64,000 bases of DNA from Longimicrobiales bacterium (GCA_965198065.1 CBDAON010000004.1:1952001-2016000); one strand, 5' to 3'. Shown: positions 41,548 through 51,771, numbered from the stretch's first letter. Made by a program: numbers and translations. Notes: a model not told the origin generated them from the sequence alone.

Positions 41548-41751
41548 TCACCCCCGTGGGCGGGGCTCCCGGCGCTGCCTTCTGCGCTCACGGCGAACCG
41601 CCGCCTCGCGCTTCCTCTTCTTCTGCGCGCTGGGCTTCTCGTAAGAGCGTCTCTTCCTGAGCTCCGAATACAGGCCCGAGCGTTGCACCTTGCGCTTGAA
41701 CTTCCTGAGCGCGCGCTCGAGGCTCTCACCGTCCTGAACGATTACTTCCAA
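41548..41751 (-). CDS. rpsU: 30S ribosomal protein S21
   Basis: TTG start behind AGGAGG. ESLERALRKFKRKV..YEKPS..KRK. Confidence 0.95.
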   Translation of the reverse strand: MEVIVQDGESLERALRKFKRKVQRSGLYSELRKRRSYEKPSAQKKRKREAAVRRERRRQRREPRPRG

Positions 41752-41776
41752 GCGAATCTCCCTCCTAAAGTTATGC

Positions 41777-42358
41777 GTGGTTCGGGCCCATCCATGGCGC
41801 CGGTGGGGACTCAGGAAAAATAGGGCTCCCGATGGCACGTTTCAAGAGAGCCTGCGTGGCCTTTACGAACGTTACTGCGAGAGCGAGGCCGTGGGCCTGG
41901 TGTCGCTCATTCCGCGCGAAGACCTGAGGGCGTTTTATCGGAAGGCGGCCCGATGGGCGGCCGAGCGGGGCGGCCTGGACGAAGCGGATCCGCTCGCGAC
42001 CGTGCGAAGCTATGCTCGATCCGTGCTCCCCCTTCCGCCGTATCCGGTTTGGCTCGACGCCTATGTCTCGAATCGCCAGGCCTTCCTCGAGCGACTCGGT
42101 GTCGGGTCGACGCCGATTCGGGACGAGCCGGTCCTGGTCGCGGTGCGAGAGTGCGGTGAAGGATGGCACGCCGCCCTCTGCCTCGCCGGCTCTCCGGAGC
42201 GGTGGAGGGGGTTCCTCCACTTCCATCGCGATGGGACGGTTGGAAGCTATCGAACCGCGGACATCTTTCTTGGGGACGACGCCGACGAGATCCGCACTCG
42301 GTTCCTTTCCTTCGACACGAACACTCTTCGAGCTTTCCTTCGTTCGGTCGCTCCCTGA
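41777..42358 (+). CDS. Hypothetical two-domain protein (start uncertain)
   Basis: Coding-like frame. Its N-terminal domain resembles the 43114-43506 protein. Confidence 0.7.
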   Translation: MVRAHPWRRWGLRKNRAPDGTFQESLRGLYERYCESEAVGLVSLIPREDLRAFYRKAARWAAERGGLDEADPLATVRSYARSVLPLPPYPVWLDAYVSNRQAFLERLGVGSTPIRDEPVLVAVRECGEGWHAALCLAGSPERWRGFLHFHRDGTVGSYRTADIFLGDDADEIRTRFLSFDTNTLRAFLRSVAP

Positions 42359-42620
42359 AGCTGTTTCCTGTCCGCGTCACGGTTGTTGTCCGCCGGTTAC
42401 AGTTTTCGACAAAAAACTCCGCGACGACCGTTGTGCTTTCCGCCCGAGTGTCCGGGCATAAGCTTTGGGACGCCTGACGTCCGTCTCACACAATTCGCAA
42501 AACTCTCCGACCCCCCACGCGTCGGAACAGGTGGAGTACGTTTTTCAGCTGCCGCGCAACTGAAGGGGGGGCAACGAGTTACAGTATGGCCGTTGTGCGA
42601 CAACAAGTTACGGAAGAGAC

Positions 42621-42649
42621 TTGCGCGTCGCTGAAATGCGACCTATCAT
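42621..42649 (+). promoter_or_regulatory. Sigma70-type promoter
   Basis: TTGCGC-N17-TATCAT, followed by the hairpin GCCGATC-N8-GATCGGC. Confidence 0.55.
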
Positions 42650-42766
42650 CGTGCCGATCTACACGGGGATCGGCGACCCGATCTGGTCGGTGTCTCGACG
42701 CTCCTCCGGTGGCGCCCTCCAGCGAAGCGGCCGACAACCTCCAACGCCTCTGGTGACGAAAAGCGT

Positions 42767-42970
42767 ATGTGGGATACCTGCTCCGTCCAGCTCAAGGTTC
42801 GTCTTCCCCGGGACATGGCAGAGCAGGTCGAGGAGGTTCAGCGCTCCGACCCGGAGTTCTTGAGCAGGGTCCTGATCTACGGCCTCACTCGGCGATCGAT
42901 CTTCAGGCATCTGAGGGAAGATGGCCCGGATCCCGAGCGGCCGAGTGAGAGCAGCCACGCGGTGCTCTGA
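42767..42970 (+). CDS. Small ribbon-helix-helix-like hypothetical protein
   Basis: 67 aa. VQLKVRLPRDMAEQVEE..LSRVL..GL fits a beta-alpha-alpha pattern. Confidence 0.6.
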   Translation: MWDTCSVQLKVRLPRDMAEQVEEVQRSDPEFLSRVLIYGLTRRSIFRHLREDGPDPERPSESSHAVL

Positions 42971-43113
42971 AGCGCTCCCCTCAACTCTCCTCTGGTCACT
43001 CCTCCGGACGAACCGGAACGTCCGTTCACCCGTAGGACCCTGACGCTCGGGCAACGGGTAAGTTAGCTAATCGGTAGCCGGGGTCCCCTTGCCGCGAAGC
43101 CGCGCTCGGGGGG

Positions 43114-43506
43114 GTGGGTGTGACTGCACCCGGGGAGGCGCACTTGAAAGAGCAGAGGGAATCCGAGCCGCCCGGCCAGGGCGCGGGACCGACGGATCGG
43201 GTCCTCCGCGCAAAGTATCTCGACTACTGCTCGGCTCGCGTTGCGGAGATGCTCCTTCAGCTCACCGCGGACGAGATGTACGTCCTGGCTCAGGACGCGG
43301 CAAAAGAGCTGGAGGCCGAGGAGGCGGAACCGCTGTCGTACACGAAGATCGTCCAGCTAGCTACCAACCGCATCTCCAGGAAGCTGTCCCTGCCCGACTT
43401 CTCCACGTGGGTCGAAGCGTACGAGCGCGACCCCCAACGCTACGAGAAGGAGATGCTCGGGCTCTGGGAGACCGACCTGAATACATCGGATCGGTCGATC
43501 GACTGA
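43114..43506 (+). CDS. Hypothetical protein
   Basis: LRAKYLDYCS..LSLPDFSTWVEAYERDP. Good codon bias. Confidence 0.75.
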   Translation: MGVTAPGEAHLKEQRESEPPGQGAGPTDRVLRAKYLDYCSARVAEMLLQLTADEMYVLAQDAAKELEAEEAEPLSYTKIVQLATNRISRKLSLPDFSTWVEAYERDPQRYEKEMLGLWETDLNTSDRSID

Positions 43507-43528
43507 CGAGCCGCGACGGGCCCGCGAT

Positions 43529-43975
43529 TCAGAACGGGAGGTCGTCGTCGGGCTGGGCGAGATCGGCGTCCGACGAGCCGCTGGACGAGGGCCGGGACGG
43601 GCCGCTCCACCCTCCGCGTCCCCCACCGCCCCCTTCCGCGCCGCCGCCACCGAGCAGGACCATCTCCTGGACGTTGATGTCGGTCCAATACTTCACGTTA
43701 CCACTCTCGTCCTGGGTCTGTGAGTACTCGATCCGACCTTCGACGTAGAGCCGGTCGCCCTTGGTCACATACTGCTCGACGATGTCCGCTAGCTTGGCCC
43801 AGAAAGTGAGCCTGTGCCACTCGGTCTTCTCCTGCTGCTGCCCCGACCTGTCGTTCCACGTACGGTTTGTCGCGAGAGAAACCTTTGCGACCTTCGTGCC
43901 CGAGGGGGTGGTCTTCACGTCGGGGTCGGCGCCCAGATTTCCGATCAGCATCACCTTGTTCAGAGATCGCGCCAT
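43529..43975 (-). CDS. ssb: Single-stranded DNA-binding protein
   Basis: SLNKVMLIGNLGADP, EKTEWHR, C-terminal DDDLPF. Confidence 0.97.
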   Translation of the reverse strand: MARSLNKVMLIGNLGADPDVKTTPSGTKVAKVSLATNRTWNDRSGQQQEKTEWHRLTFWAKLADIVEQYVTKGDRLYVEGRIEYSQTQDESGNVKYWTDINVQEMVLLGGGGAEGGGGGRGGWSGPSRPSSSGSSDADLAQPDDDLPF

Positions 43976-44145
43976 GATTCGAGTTCGCTCCTTGGAGGGC
44001 GCCAGCCGTCGAGGGAGGTTGAAGGTAAACGGGGGGCTGGGGCGAAGCCATGGCCTCGGCCGTGTGCCCGGCGAGGCGCGGATCGTCCCTCGCCGGGACC
44101 TCCCTTGGCTCCCGACTCGCGCCCACACTAGCTTCCGGGTCTGCC

Positions 44146-44931
44146 ATGGCCAAGCCGTCCACCATCCGTGTCGAGCGCTCCGAGGGCGTCGCCACGGTCA
44201 CCGTGAATCGCCCGGAAAGGCTCAACGCTTTGAACGCCCATGCTGTGCGGAGGCTGGGCGAGGTCTTCGACGAGCTCCGCGTGGACGAAGAGGTCCGCGG
44301 CGTGATCGTGACCGGCGCGGGGGAAAAGGCGTTCGTAGCGGGCGCCGACATAGCGGAGCTAGCCGAGCTCTCACCTGTGGCCGCCCGAAGGATGAGTCGG
44401 CAAGGGCAGGAGGTGTTCGCTGGGATCGAGAGCTGCCCCAAGCCCGTCGTCGCGGCAGTCGGCGGTCACGCTCTGGGGGGCGGGTGCGAGCTCGCTCTGG
44501 CCTGCCACCTGCGTGTGGCTTCGGATGACGCGACGCTGGGGCTTCCCGAGGTGCGGCTCGGCCTCATCCCGGGGTACGGCGGAACCGTGCGTCTCGCGCG
44601 CCTGATTGGGCTCGGGCGCGCGCTGGAAATGATCCTCACGGGGGAGGTTGTGGGCGCGGAGCGCGCGCTCGAGATCGGCCTGGTGAACGCGGTCGCTCCG
44701 AGGGAGGGTCTTCTCGCGAAGGCCCGCGAGCGCCTCGACGCCATCCTCCGGAACGGACCCCTCGCCGTGAGGATGGCGCTCGAGGCAACGTACGGTGCCC
44801 AGGGGCTTCAGACGGACGAGGCGCTCCGCCTCGAGTCGTTCGTCTTCGGTCTCCTGGCTTCGACGGAGGACATGAAGGAGGGGACGCGAGCCTTCCTGGA
44901 GCGGAGGAAGGCGGAGTTCGAGGGCCGTTAA
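44146..44931 (+). CDS. Enoyl-CoA hydratase
   Basis: AFVAGADI, ALGGGCELA, PEVRLGLIPGYGGT. Confidence 0.95.
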   Translation: MAKPSTIRVERSEGVATVTVNRPERLNALNAHAVRRLGEVFDELRVDEEVRGVIVTGAGEKAFVAGADIAELAELSPVAARRMSRQGQEVFAGIESCPKPVVAAVGGHALGGGCELALACHLRVASDDATLGLPEVRLGLIPGYGGTVRLARLIGLGRALEMILTGEVVGAERALEIGLVNAVAPREGLLAKARERLDAILRNGPLAVRMALEATYGAQGLQTDEALRLESFVFGLLASTEDMKEGTRAFLERRKAEFEGR

Positions 44932-44976
44932 CCGGGCGCCTTCGCGCCGCCCAGCCCTGCCTTCGTCCCGATCCGG

Positions 44977-46176
44977 ATGCGCCTTCTCCGACTCTCGATC
45001 AAAGGGTTTCGAAACCTCGCGGATCAGGTCCTCGACGTCCCCGAGGAGGGCGTCGCCATCGTGGGATCGAACGCGCAGGGAAAGACCAACCTGCTCGAGG
45101 CCGTGCATTACCTGGAGACGTTCCGGTCCCCCCGTGGCAGACGGGATGAGCAGCTCGTGCGGATCGGGGAGACGCTCTTCCGCGTCGAGGCGGAGATCGG
45201 GCGTCGCGACGTCATGCGCGGCCGGGCGGCCGAGCCCATCCGGGTCGTGTCCGCGGCCTACGACGGCCCTACTCGACAGAAGCGCGTGTCCGTCGACGGC
45301 CAAGTGCCCGGGCGGCTCGGGGACGCCATCGCGAACATCGGCTCGGTCCTCTTCACGCCGGAGGACGTGCGCGTCGTGAGTGAGGGACCATCGGAGCGGA
45401 GGCGCTACCTCGACATCCTCCTGTCCCTGAACCTCCCCGGGTACCTTGAAGCACTTCGACGCTTTCGGCAGGCCCTCCAGCGCCGGAACGCAGCCCTTCG
45501 TCGGGGCGAGGGGGTGGCCTCGGTGGCCGCCTGGGACGACGTCCTCGTCCGCTCGGGCGCGCAGGTCAGCGTGAGCCGAGCACTCTGGATCGCGCGCCAT
45601 GCAGCGAGGTTTTCGGAGTACTATGGGGAGGTCTCGGGAGAGCGGGTCGCTCGGATGGTCTACGAACCCGGCATTCGCGTGACCGCGGAGCACACAGCGG
45701 ATTCGGTCGATGACTACTCGGAGGGGGGCGATGCGGTCGGCGGTGACCCGCGTGTGATCGACACCGTCGCGGAGGCTTATGGCGCCGCCCTCGAAGACTT
45801 GCGAGAGAGCGAGCGCCGGCTCCGCGCGACCCTTGTGGGGCCGCACCGAGACGAGCTGCGATTCTATATCGAGGCGCCCGAGGGAGAGCGGGATGCGCGC
45901 GAGATGGGCTCGGGCGGGGAACAGCGGACGATCGCCCTCGCCCTACGTCTCCTCGAGGCCGACACGGTGCGCGAAGGGCGCCGGCGGGAGCCCATTCTCC
46001 TCCTGGACGACCTCTTTGCCGAGCTTGATGCGGAGCGCTCTCGGCGGGTGCTCGACCTCCTGGACCGACGTGTGCCCGGCCAGGTCGTCCTCACGGCGCC
46101 GAAGGAGAGTGACGTTCGATTCCGGACCGAAGCGCTCTCGCGGTGGTGGATTGAGAAGGGGGTCGTGAGGAAGTGA
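44977..46176 (+). CDS. recF: DNA replication/repair protein RecF
   Basis: FRNL, GSNAQGKTNLLEA, GPSERRRYLD, GPHRDE, GSGGEQR, LLLDD..AELD. Confidence 0.95.
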   Translation: MRLLRLSIKGFRNLADQVLDVPEEGVAIVGSNAQGKTNLLEAVHYLETFRSPRGRRDEQLVRIGETLFRVEAEIGRRDVMRGRAAEPIRVVSAAYDGPTRQKRVSVDGQVPGRLGDAIANIGSVLFTPEDVRVVSEGPSERRRYLDILLSLNLPGYLEALRRFRQALQRRNAALRRGEGVASVAAWDDVLVRSGAQVSVSRALWIARHAARFSEYYGEVSGERVARMVYEPGIRVTAEHTADSVDDYSEGGDAVGGDPRVIDTVAEAYGAALEDLRESERRLRATLVGPHRDELRFYIEAPEGERDAREMGSGGEQRTIALALRLLEADTVREGRRREPILLLDDLFAELDAERSRRVLDLLDRRVPGQVVLTAPKESDVRFRTEALSRWWIEKGVVRK

Positions 46177-46595
46177 AACCCGGGAGGTCGGGCTCGTCCG
46201 GGGGGGATCGAGGCCCGATCCGCGGCCCGGCTCCCGAGCATGCGTCCGCAGAGCGCGCGCCTTCTGAGCCCCGTGCTGGAGATCCGGCTCGCGTCGGCGA
46301 CGTGCTCGACGGTGTCCTCCGATCCCTGGGGCTGGCCAAGGCCCTCGCCCGTCAGGGCGCCATCGTGCGCTGGCCGGAGGTGGTCGGGGAACGCATTGCC
46401 GGGGTGACCCGGGCCGTCGGGGTGTCGACGGACGTCCTCTTCGTCCAGGTGACCTCGAGCGCGTGGCTCAGCGAGCTGAGCCTGATTAAGCATGACATCC
46501 TCCGGCGCCTGAACGCGGGCCAGAAGGAGGGGCGGATCGAACGGATCGTCTTCACGCTCTCCGAGGGGTCGAGCCCGGGCTCCCGAGAGCCCTGA
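46173..46595 (+). CDS. dciA: DUF721 / DciA family protein
   Basis: WPEVVGERIA..L.VQVTSSAWLSEL. Lies between recF and gyrB. Confidence 0.85.
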   Translation: MKPGRSGSSGGDRGPIRGPAPEHASAERAPSEPRAGDPARVGDVLDGVLRSLGLAKALARQGAIVRWPEVVGERIAGVTRAVGVSTDVLFVQVTSSAWLSELSLIKHDILRRLNAGQKEGRIERIVFTLSEGSSPGSREP

Positions 46596-46745
46596 TCGGC
46601 CCGCTGGAGGCGACACCTCCTTCGTCTCCTTCGGCAATGGAAAAACCCCGCCGAATCCGGTAAATTTCAAACTCCTACGAGCGGTCGCCCGCGGCTCTGT
46701 GCGGAGCCCCTCGTACCCCCTCCAGAGTCCACCACTACAGGGGTC

Positions 46746-48689
46746 ATGGCCGACAAGCGTCCGCAGAAGAAAGCCTCCGAGTACACGTCAGGCAAAATCC
46801 AGGTTCTGAAAGGCCTCGAGGCCGTTCGAAAGCGCCCCGGGATGTACGTCGGCTCGACCTCGAGCCGGGGGCTCCATCATCTCGTATACGAGGTCGTGGA
46901 CAACTCGATCGACGAGGCGATGGCCGGCTTCTGCACGAAGGTCGAGGTCACGATCCACTCGGACAACTCCGTGACGGGGGTGGACAACGGGCGCGGAATC
47001 CCTGTGGACAAGCACCCCACGGAGAAGGTCTCGGGCGTCGAGGTCGCCATGACCACGCTCCATGCCGGGGGGAAGTTCGACAAGGACAGTTACAAGGTGT
47101 CCGGCGGGCTTCACGGTGTTGGCGTGAGCGTGGTGAACGCCCTCTCGGAGACGCTCGAGGTCGAGGTATGGAGGGACGGAGGGCGTTGGCGCCAATCCTT
47201 CGCGCGCGGAATCAAGCAGAAGGAGCTGGAGAGGATCGGGAAGTCCAACGGAAGCGGGACCCGCGTGACGTTCAAGCCAGACCCGCAGATCTTCACGGAG
47301 ATCGAGTACAACGTGGAGACGCTCTCGAGCCGCCTGCGCGAGCTCGCGTTCCTGAACAAGGGGCTCGAGATCGTCATCCGGGACGAGCGCGCTGCGCTCA
47401 TCAGCGAGGAGACCTACCGCTACGAGGGTGGGCTGGTGGAATACGTCGAGTACCTCCGCGCGACGCGAGCTCCCCTCCACGAGAAGCCCTTCTACTTCGA
47501 GGCCCAGCGCCCGGAGGCCGAGATCGAGCTCGCGCTCCAGTACGATGTGGGGTTCACCGAAAACACCCACACCTTCGTCAACAACATCAACACGCACGAG
47601 GGTGGGACCCACTTGACGGGCCTGAAGGCCGCGCTCACGCGAACGATCAACGAATACGCGAAGAAGAACGGGCTCCTGAAGAAGGCCGACGAGACGCTCT
47701 CGGGAGACGACGTGCGGGAGGGGCTCACGTGCGTTCTATCCGTCCGGGTCATGGAGCCCCAGTTCGAGGGGCAGACCAAGACCAAGCTCGGAAACTCCGA
47801 GGTGCGGGGGGCGGTCGAGACCGCCGTGAATGAGCACCTCGCCACCTGGCTAGACGAGAGTCCCAAGGCGGCTCGCACAATCGTGGAGAAGTCGCTCTCG
47901 GCGGCCCGAGCGCGCGAAGCCGCACGTAAGGCCCGCGACCTCGCCCGTAAGAAGAACGCGCTCGAGGGCGGGATCCTCCCCGGAAAGCTCGCCGACTGCT
48001 CGCTGAGCGATCCCTCGATGACGGAGATCTTCATCGTGGAGGGCGACAGCGCGGGGGGGAGCGCGAAGCAGGGCCGCGACCGGTCCTTCCAGGCCATCTT
48101 GCCAATCAAGGGGAAGATCCTGAACGTCGAGCGGGCCAGGATCGACCGAATACTGTCGAACGAAGAGATCCGCGCCATGATCACTGCTATCGGCGCCGGG
48201 ATCAGGGATGACTTCGATCTCGATAAGGCGCGATACCACAAGATCATCCTTCTGTCGGACGCGGACGTAGATGGAGCTCACATCCGTACGTTATTGCTTA
48301 CGTTCTTCTTCCGTCAGATGCGGGAGCTCATTGAAGCCGGATACATTTACATCGCTCAGCCGCCGCTTTACCGCGTGGCCAAGGGAAAGCAAGAACACTA
48401 CGTCTATTCCGAGGAGCAGCGGGACGAGGTTGTGAACCGGCTGACGAACGGGAAGAGCGAGGACGCGAAGGGCATCTCGATCCAGCGGTACAAGGGGCTC
48501 GGCGAGATGAACCCCGATCAGCTCTGGGGGACCACCATGGATCCCGCCGCCCGCACCCTGTTCCAGGTCACGATGGAGAGCGCCGCGGCCGCTGATTCAA
48601 TCTTCTCCCGCCTCATGGGAGACGACGTCGAGCCGCGGCGGGAGTTCATCGAGAAGAACGCTCGGTACGTGAAGAACTTGGACGTCTGA
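46746..48689 (+). CDS. gyrB: DNA gyrase subunit B
   Basis: LEAVRKRPGMY, HAGGKF, VEGDSAGG, DADVDGAHI, RYKGLGEM. Confidence 0.98.
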   Translation: MADKRPQKKASEYTSGKIQVLKGLEAVRKRPGMYVGSTSSRGLHHLVYEVVDNSIDEAMAGFCTKVEVTIHSDNSVTGVDNGRGIPVDKHPTEKVSGVEVAMTTLHAGGKFDKDSYKVSGGLHGVGVSVVNALSETLEVEVWRDGGRWRQSFARGIKQKELERIGKSNGSGTRVTFKPDPQIFTEIEYNVETLSSRLRELAFLNKGLEIVIRDERAALISEETYRYEGGLVEYVEYLRATRAPLHEKPFYFEAQRPEAEIELALQYDVGFTENTHTFVNNINTHEGGTHLTGLKAALTRTINEYAKKNGLLKKADETLSGDDVREGLTCVLSVRVMEPQFEGQTKTKLGNSEVRGAVETAVNEHLATWLDESPKAARTIVEKSLSAARAREAARKARDLARKKNALEGGILPGKLADCSLSDPSMTEIFIVEGDSAGGSAKQGRDRSFQAILPIKGKILNVERARIDRILSNEEIRAMITAIGAGIRDDFDLDKARYHKIILLSDADVDGAHIRTLLLTFFFRQMRELIEAGYIYIAQPPLYRVAKGKQEHYVYSEEQRDEVVNRLTNGKSEDAKGISIQRYKGLGEMNPDQLWGTTMDPAARTLFQVTMESAAAADSIFSRLMGDDVEPRREFIEKNARYVKNLDV

Positions 48690-48692
48690 GGA

Positions 48693-49020
48693 GTGCGGGG
48701 TGGGCCGCTTCCTGGAGTGGGCCCGCTCTCGACCCCGGATCCAGCGGCCGTCCCGGCGAGTTGTATCGAGAACGGGGCAGGGGCGATCGTCCTGGACGGA
48801 GCCGGGCTCCCCCCAGAGACGTTCGACCTGAGCACCCGACTCCTTGGAGGGCTGCTCCGTCGGCTCTCCACCTACGGCGTCTGCCTGGCCCTCATGGTGC
48901 AGGGTCCGTCCAAAGCACTCTCGAGGGTTCCAGGACTTCGCCCAAGAGGCCAATCGCGGGCAGCACGTGGGTGTCTTTGCCACCCTCGGCGAGGCGGTGG
49001 CCTGGCTTGAGAAGGACTGA
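48693..49020 (+). pseudogene. DUF4180-like protein with a +1 frameshift
   Basis: LPPETFDLSTRLLG.LL..L..Y. Removing one A at 48912-48914 gives HSRGFQDFAQEANRG..VFAT..EA.AWL*. Confidence 0.7.
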
Positions 49021-49081
49021 CAGATGGAGGGAGCTCGGACGAGTGGAGCTCCGGGTTTCGACGCTTGCGTCGCCCTTGACG

Positions 49082-49099
49082 CATCAACTCATATTGATG
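49082..49099. promoter_or_regulatory. ArsR operator 1
   Basis: CATCAA-N6-TTGATG upstream of arsR, next to TTGACG. Confidence 0.75.
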
Positions 49100-49112
49100 T
49101 ATCGTTTCTCAA

Positions 49113-49406
49113 ATGTCTACCGTCGCCCTTCCGAGTCCCGCCCTGCTGCGGCGCTTTCAGGCGGTGGCCGAGGACACGCGCCTCGAGATCGTGCGGCTGC
49201 TCGCGGACGGGGAGCGCTGCGTGTGCGAGCTCCAGGCCGAGCTGGACGCCGGGCAGTCGCGCCTCTCCTTCCACCTGAGGAAGCTGAAAGAAGCGGGCGT
49301 TGTGAGCGACCGGAGGGACGGCCGGTGGGTCTACTACTCGCTCGTGCCCGAGACGCTCGAGGAGATGCGGGCGTTTCTGGGCGAGGTCAAGTCCTGTTGC
49401 CGATAA
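49113..49406 (+). CDS. arsR: ArsR/SmtB transcriptional repressor
   Basis: TRLEIV.LL, ERCVCEL, SFHLRKLKEAG, GRWVYY, C-terminal CC. Confidence 0.93.
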   Translation: MSTVALPSPALLRRFQAVAEDTRLEIVRLLADGERCVCELQAELDAGQSRLSFHLRKLKEAGVVSDRRDGRWVYYSLVPETLEEMRAFLGEVKSCCR

Positions 49407-49452
49407 GGCAGGACCGGCGATGCCCGGCCGCGCCTTTTTTTTCTGCCGATCC

Positions 49453-49468
49453 ATCAACATGCGTTGAT
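49453..49468. promoter_or_regulatory. ArsR operator 2
   Basis: ATCAA-N6-TTGAT just upstream of the arsM RBS, after a hairpin plus T8. Confidence 0.7.
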
Positions 49469-49480
49469 ACGGGAGGCTGG

Positions 49481-50386
49481 ATGAGCTACGAGATGAAGGA
49501 AGTCGTACGAGAGAAGTACGGCGAGGCGGCGCTTCGGGTCACGAGGGGAGAGAGGGGCTCCTGTTGCCGTCCTTCCTGCTGCGGCGGGGATGCCACGGAT
49601 CCCATCACCAGGGATCTCTACGATAGGGCGACCACGTCGGAGCTTCCCGAGGAGGCGGTGCTCGCCTCCCTGGGCTGCGGGAACCCCAGCGGGCTCTCCG
49701 ACCTCCGGCCGGGTGAGGTCGTGCTCGATTTGGGGAGCGGGGGAGGAATCGACGTGCTCCTCTCCGCGAAGCGGGTCGGCCCCACCGGGAAGGCCTACGG
49801 CCTCGACATGACAGAGGAAATGCTCGCACTGGCCCGGAAGAACGCGGCGGACGCCGGCGCCACGAACGTCGAGTTCCTGAAGGGGGACATCGAGAACATC
49901 CCGCTTCCCGACGAGTGCGTGGACGTGATCATAAGCAACTGCGTGATCAACCTGGCCACGGACAAGCGCCAGGTCCTCCAGGATGCCTTCCGGGTCCTGA
50001 AGCCCCGGGGCCGGCTGGCGGTGTCGGACGTGGTGGTCCGCGGGGAGATCCCGGCCGAGATGCGCCGGAGCCTGGAGCTCTGGGTCGGGTGCGTGGCGGG
50101 GGCGCTCGAGGAGGAGGAGTTCGAGACACTCCTCCGGGAGGTTGGGTTCGAGGAACCGAGCCTCGAGCCCACGAGGGTATACGACCCCGAGGACGCCCGG
50201 GTCTTCCTCGAGGATGCGGGGCTCAACGTGGACGCTCTCCTCGGGAGCGTGGAGGGGCGCCTCATGTCCGCGTTCGTGCGCGGGCGCAAACCGGATGAGG
50301 GGAGGTCGACCGTCGAATCGGGACCGGAGGCCGCCGGCGCGAACCCTCCGGGGAAGCTGTGCTGCGGGCCGGCGTGCTGTGGCTGA
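49481..50386 (+). CDS. arsM: Arsenite S-adenosylmethionine methyltransferase
   Basis: [37 protein letters not shown]. Confidence 0.93.
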   Translation: MSYEMKEVVREKYGEAALRVTRGERGSCCRPSCCGGDATDPITRDLYDRATTSELPEEAVLASLGCGNPSGLSDLRPGEVVLDLGSGGGIDVLLSAKRVGPTGKAYGLDMTEEMLALARKNAADAGATNVEFLKGDIENIPLPDECVDVIISNCVINLATDKRQVLQDAFRVLKPRGRLAVSDVVVRGEIPAEMRRSLELWVGCVAGALEEEEFETLLREVGFEEPSLEPTRVYDPEDARVFLEDAGLNVDALLGSVEGRLMSAFVRGRKPDEGRSTVESGPEAAGANPPGKLCCGPACCG

Positions 50387-50419
50387 CGCGATCGGCCGAC
50401 CGGCCGACGCGAGCGCCGA

Positions 50420-51767
50420 TCAGACGTATCGGAAGATTGGCGGGAACGCGATGACCACGATGACGGCCCAGAGGGCGAGGATCGGAAGGTAGGCCATCTG
50501 CCAGCGCTCAAGCGCGCCGAACGACTCCCGGCCTCGCAAGAACCCCACGTAGAGCTTGGCCGACCAGGCCAGGTTCACGAGCAGGATGAGGTTCTCTCCT
50601 AGGGCCGCCGTTCGGTTCGGACTGAACCCGAACTCCGAGATGCGCGTCCGCGATGAGGGCGCTGACGACCAGCAGGACCGTCACGCCGTCGAATACGTCG
50701 GGCGGCGCGTCGGGGTCGCGGGCGGAGACCGAGTAGAGCAGTAGCCCGAGAACGACGACCAGTAAGAGGTCGAACGCGATCAGCACGTCGCGCTCGATGT
50801 CGATTCCCCGGCCCGTCCACGCCATCGTCCCCAGGAAGGCCAGGAGGGTCAAGGCGAAGAGGGGTGTGAAGACTCGGGTCAGCACCGGCGCCATATTCTC
50901 GATGACGCTCTGCTTCGCCTCCACGAGCCAGGACCCGATGAGAATGGCCCCCATCGCCCCGCACGGCAGGATCCACGATACGAGCAGCCACTCCACGTCC
51001 ACGCCGATCGCCTGGAACATGCCGCCCATGAACGCCGCGAGCACGCCGCCGCCCAGCGCGATCAACACGTAATAGATGAAGAGCTCGCCCGAAAACCGCA
51101 CGAAGTCCATTCGCCGTCCGGCTTCGTTCCAGCGGCCTCCGGCGTACGCCACGCCGACGGGGAGCCAGAGCGCGATCGGTAGGTGGAGGATGGTGAGCAC
51201 CTCTGTGGAGCCGAGTGGCTCGAACGGGTAAGTGTTCGCGAACACGGCAGCGAGCGCGAACGCTCCGGCGAGCCGTAGGCGTATCCGGGGGGAGAGCCCG
51301 CGCTTCCAGGCGAAGTAGCCGGCGAGGAGCGGCAGGACGAAGAGGCTCATGTTCCGAGCGTAGAAGGACTCCCCGCCGCCCATGAGCTCGAGGCCGAAGA
51401 GCTCCGGGACCTTGATAGCGACGCCGGCTGCCACGGCGAGGGCAAAGGCGACGATCGTGTCCTCACGGCCCCGACGCCCGTCCTCGGTAGGGCTCGACGT
51501 CAGGACCAGCTGCTTCCAGAGCCGCTCGGAGTGTTCGCGCGCAAACTCGTGAGAGAGCGCGTCGAGCGTGCCCATACGCTTGACCGCAACGAGGAAGGCT
51601 TCGTCCGAGGTTAGACCGCCGCGGACGAGCGCCGCGACCTGATCGCGCAAGTGGTCCTCGAGCTCCTCCACGTCCACCGGCCGGATGGACTGGCGACGGC
51701 GGACGTAACTTCGCCACTCGTCGATGCGCGCTTCCAGAGCGTCCGGGGGATCCGATGCGTTAGGCAC
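50420..51767 (-). pseudogene. Permease-prefix-domain membrane protein with a frameshifting lesion near 50645
   Basis: ELEDHLRD..EAFLVAVKRMG N-terminus. After LIADA the protein continues in another frame RISEFGFSPNRTAALGEN..PPIFRYV*. Confidence 0.75.
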
Positions 51768-51771
51768 GTCG

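Noticed and set aside
42360..42766. oriC or dif near recF-gyrB
   Set aside because: No TTATCCACA-type DnaA boxes, no dnaA/dnaN in the window, and no XerC/D consensus.
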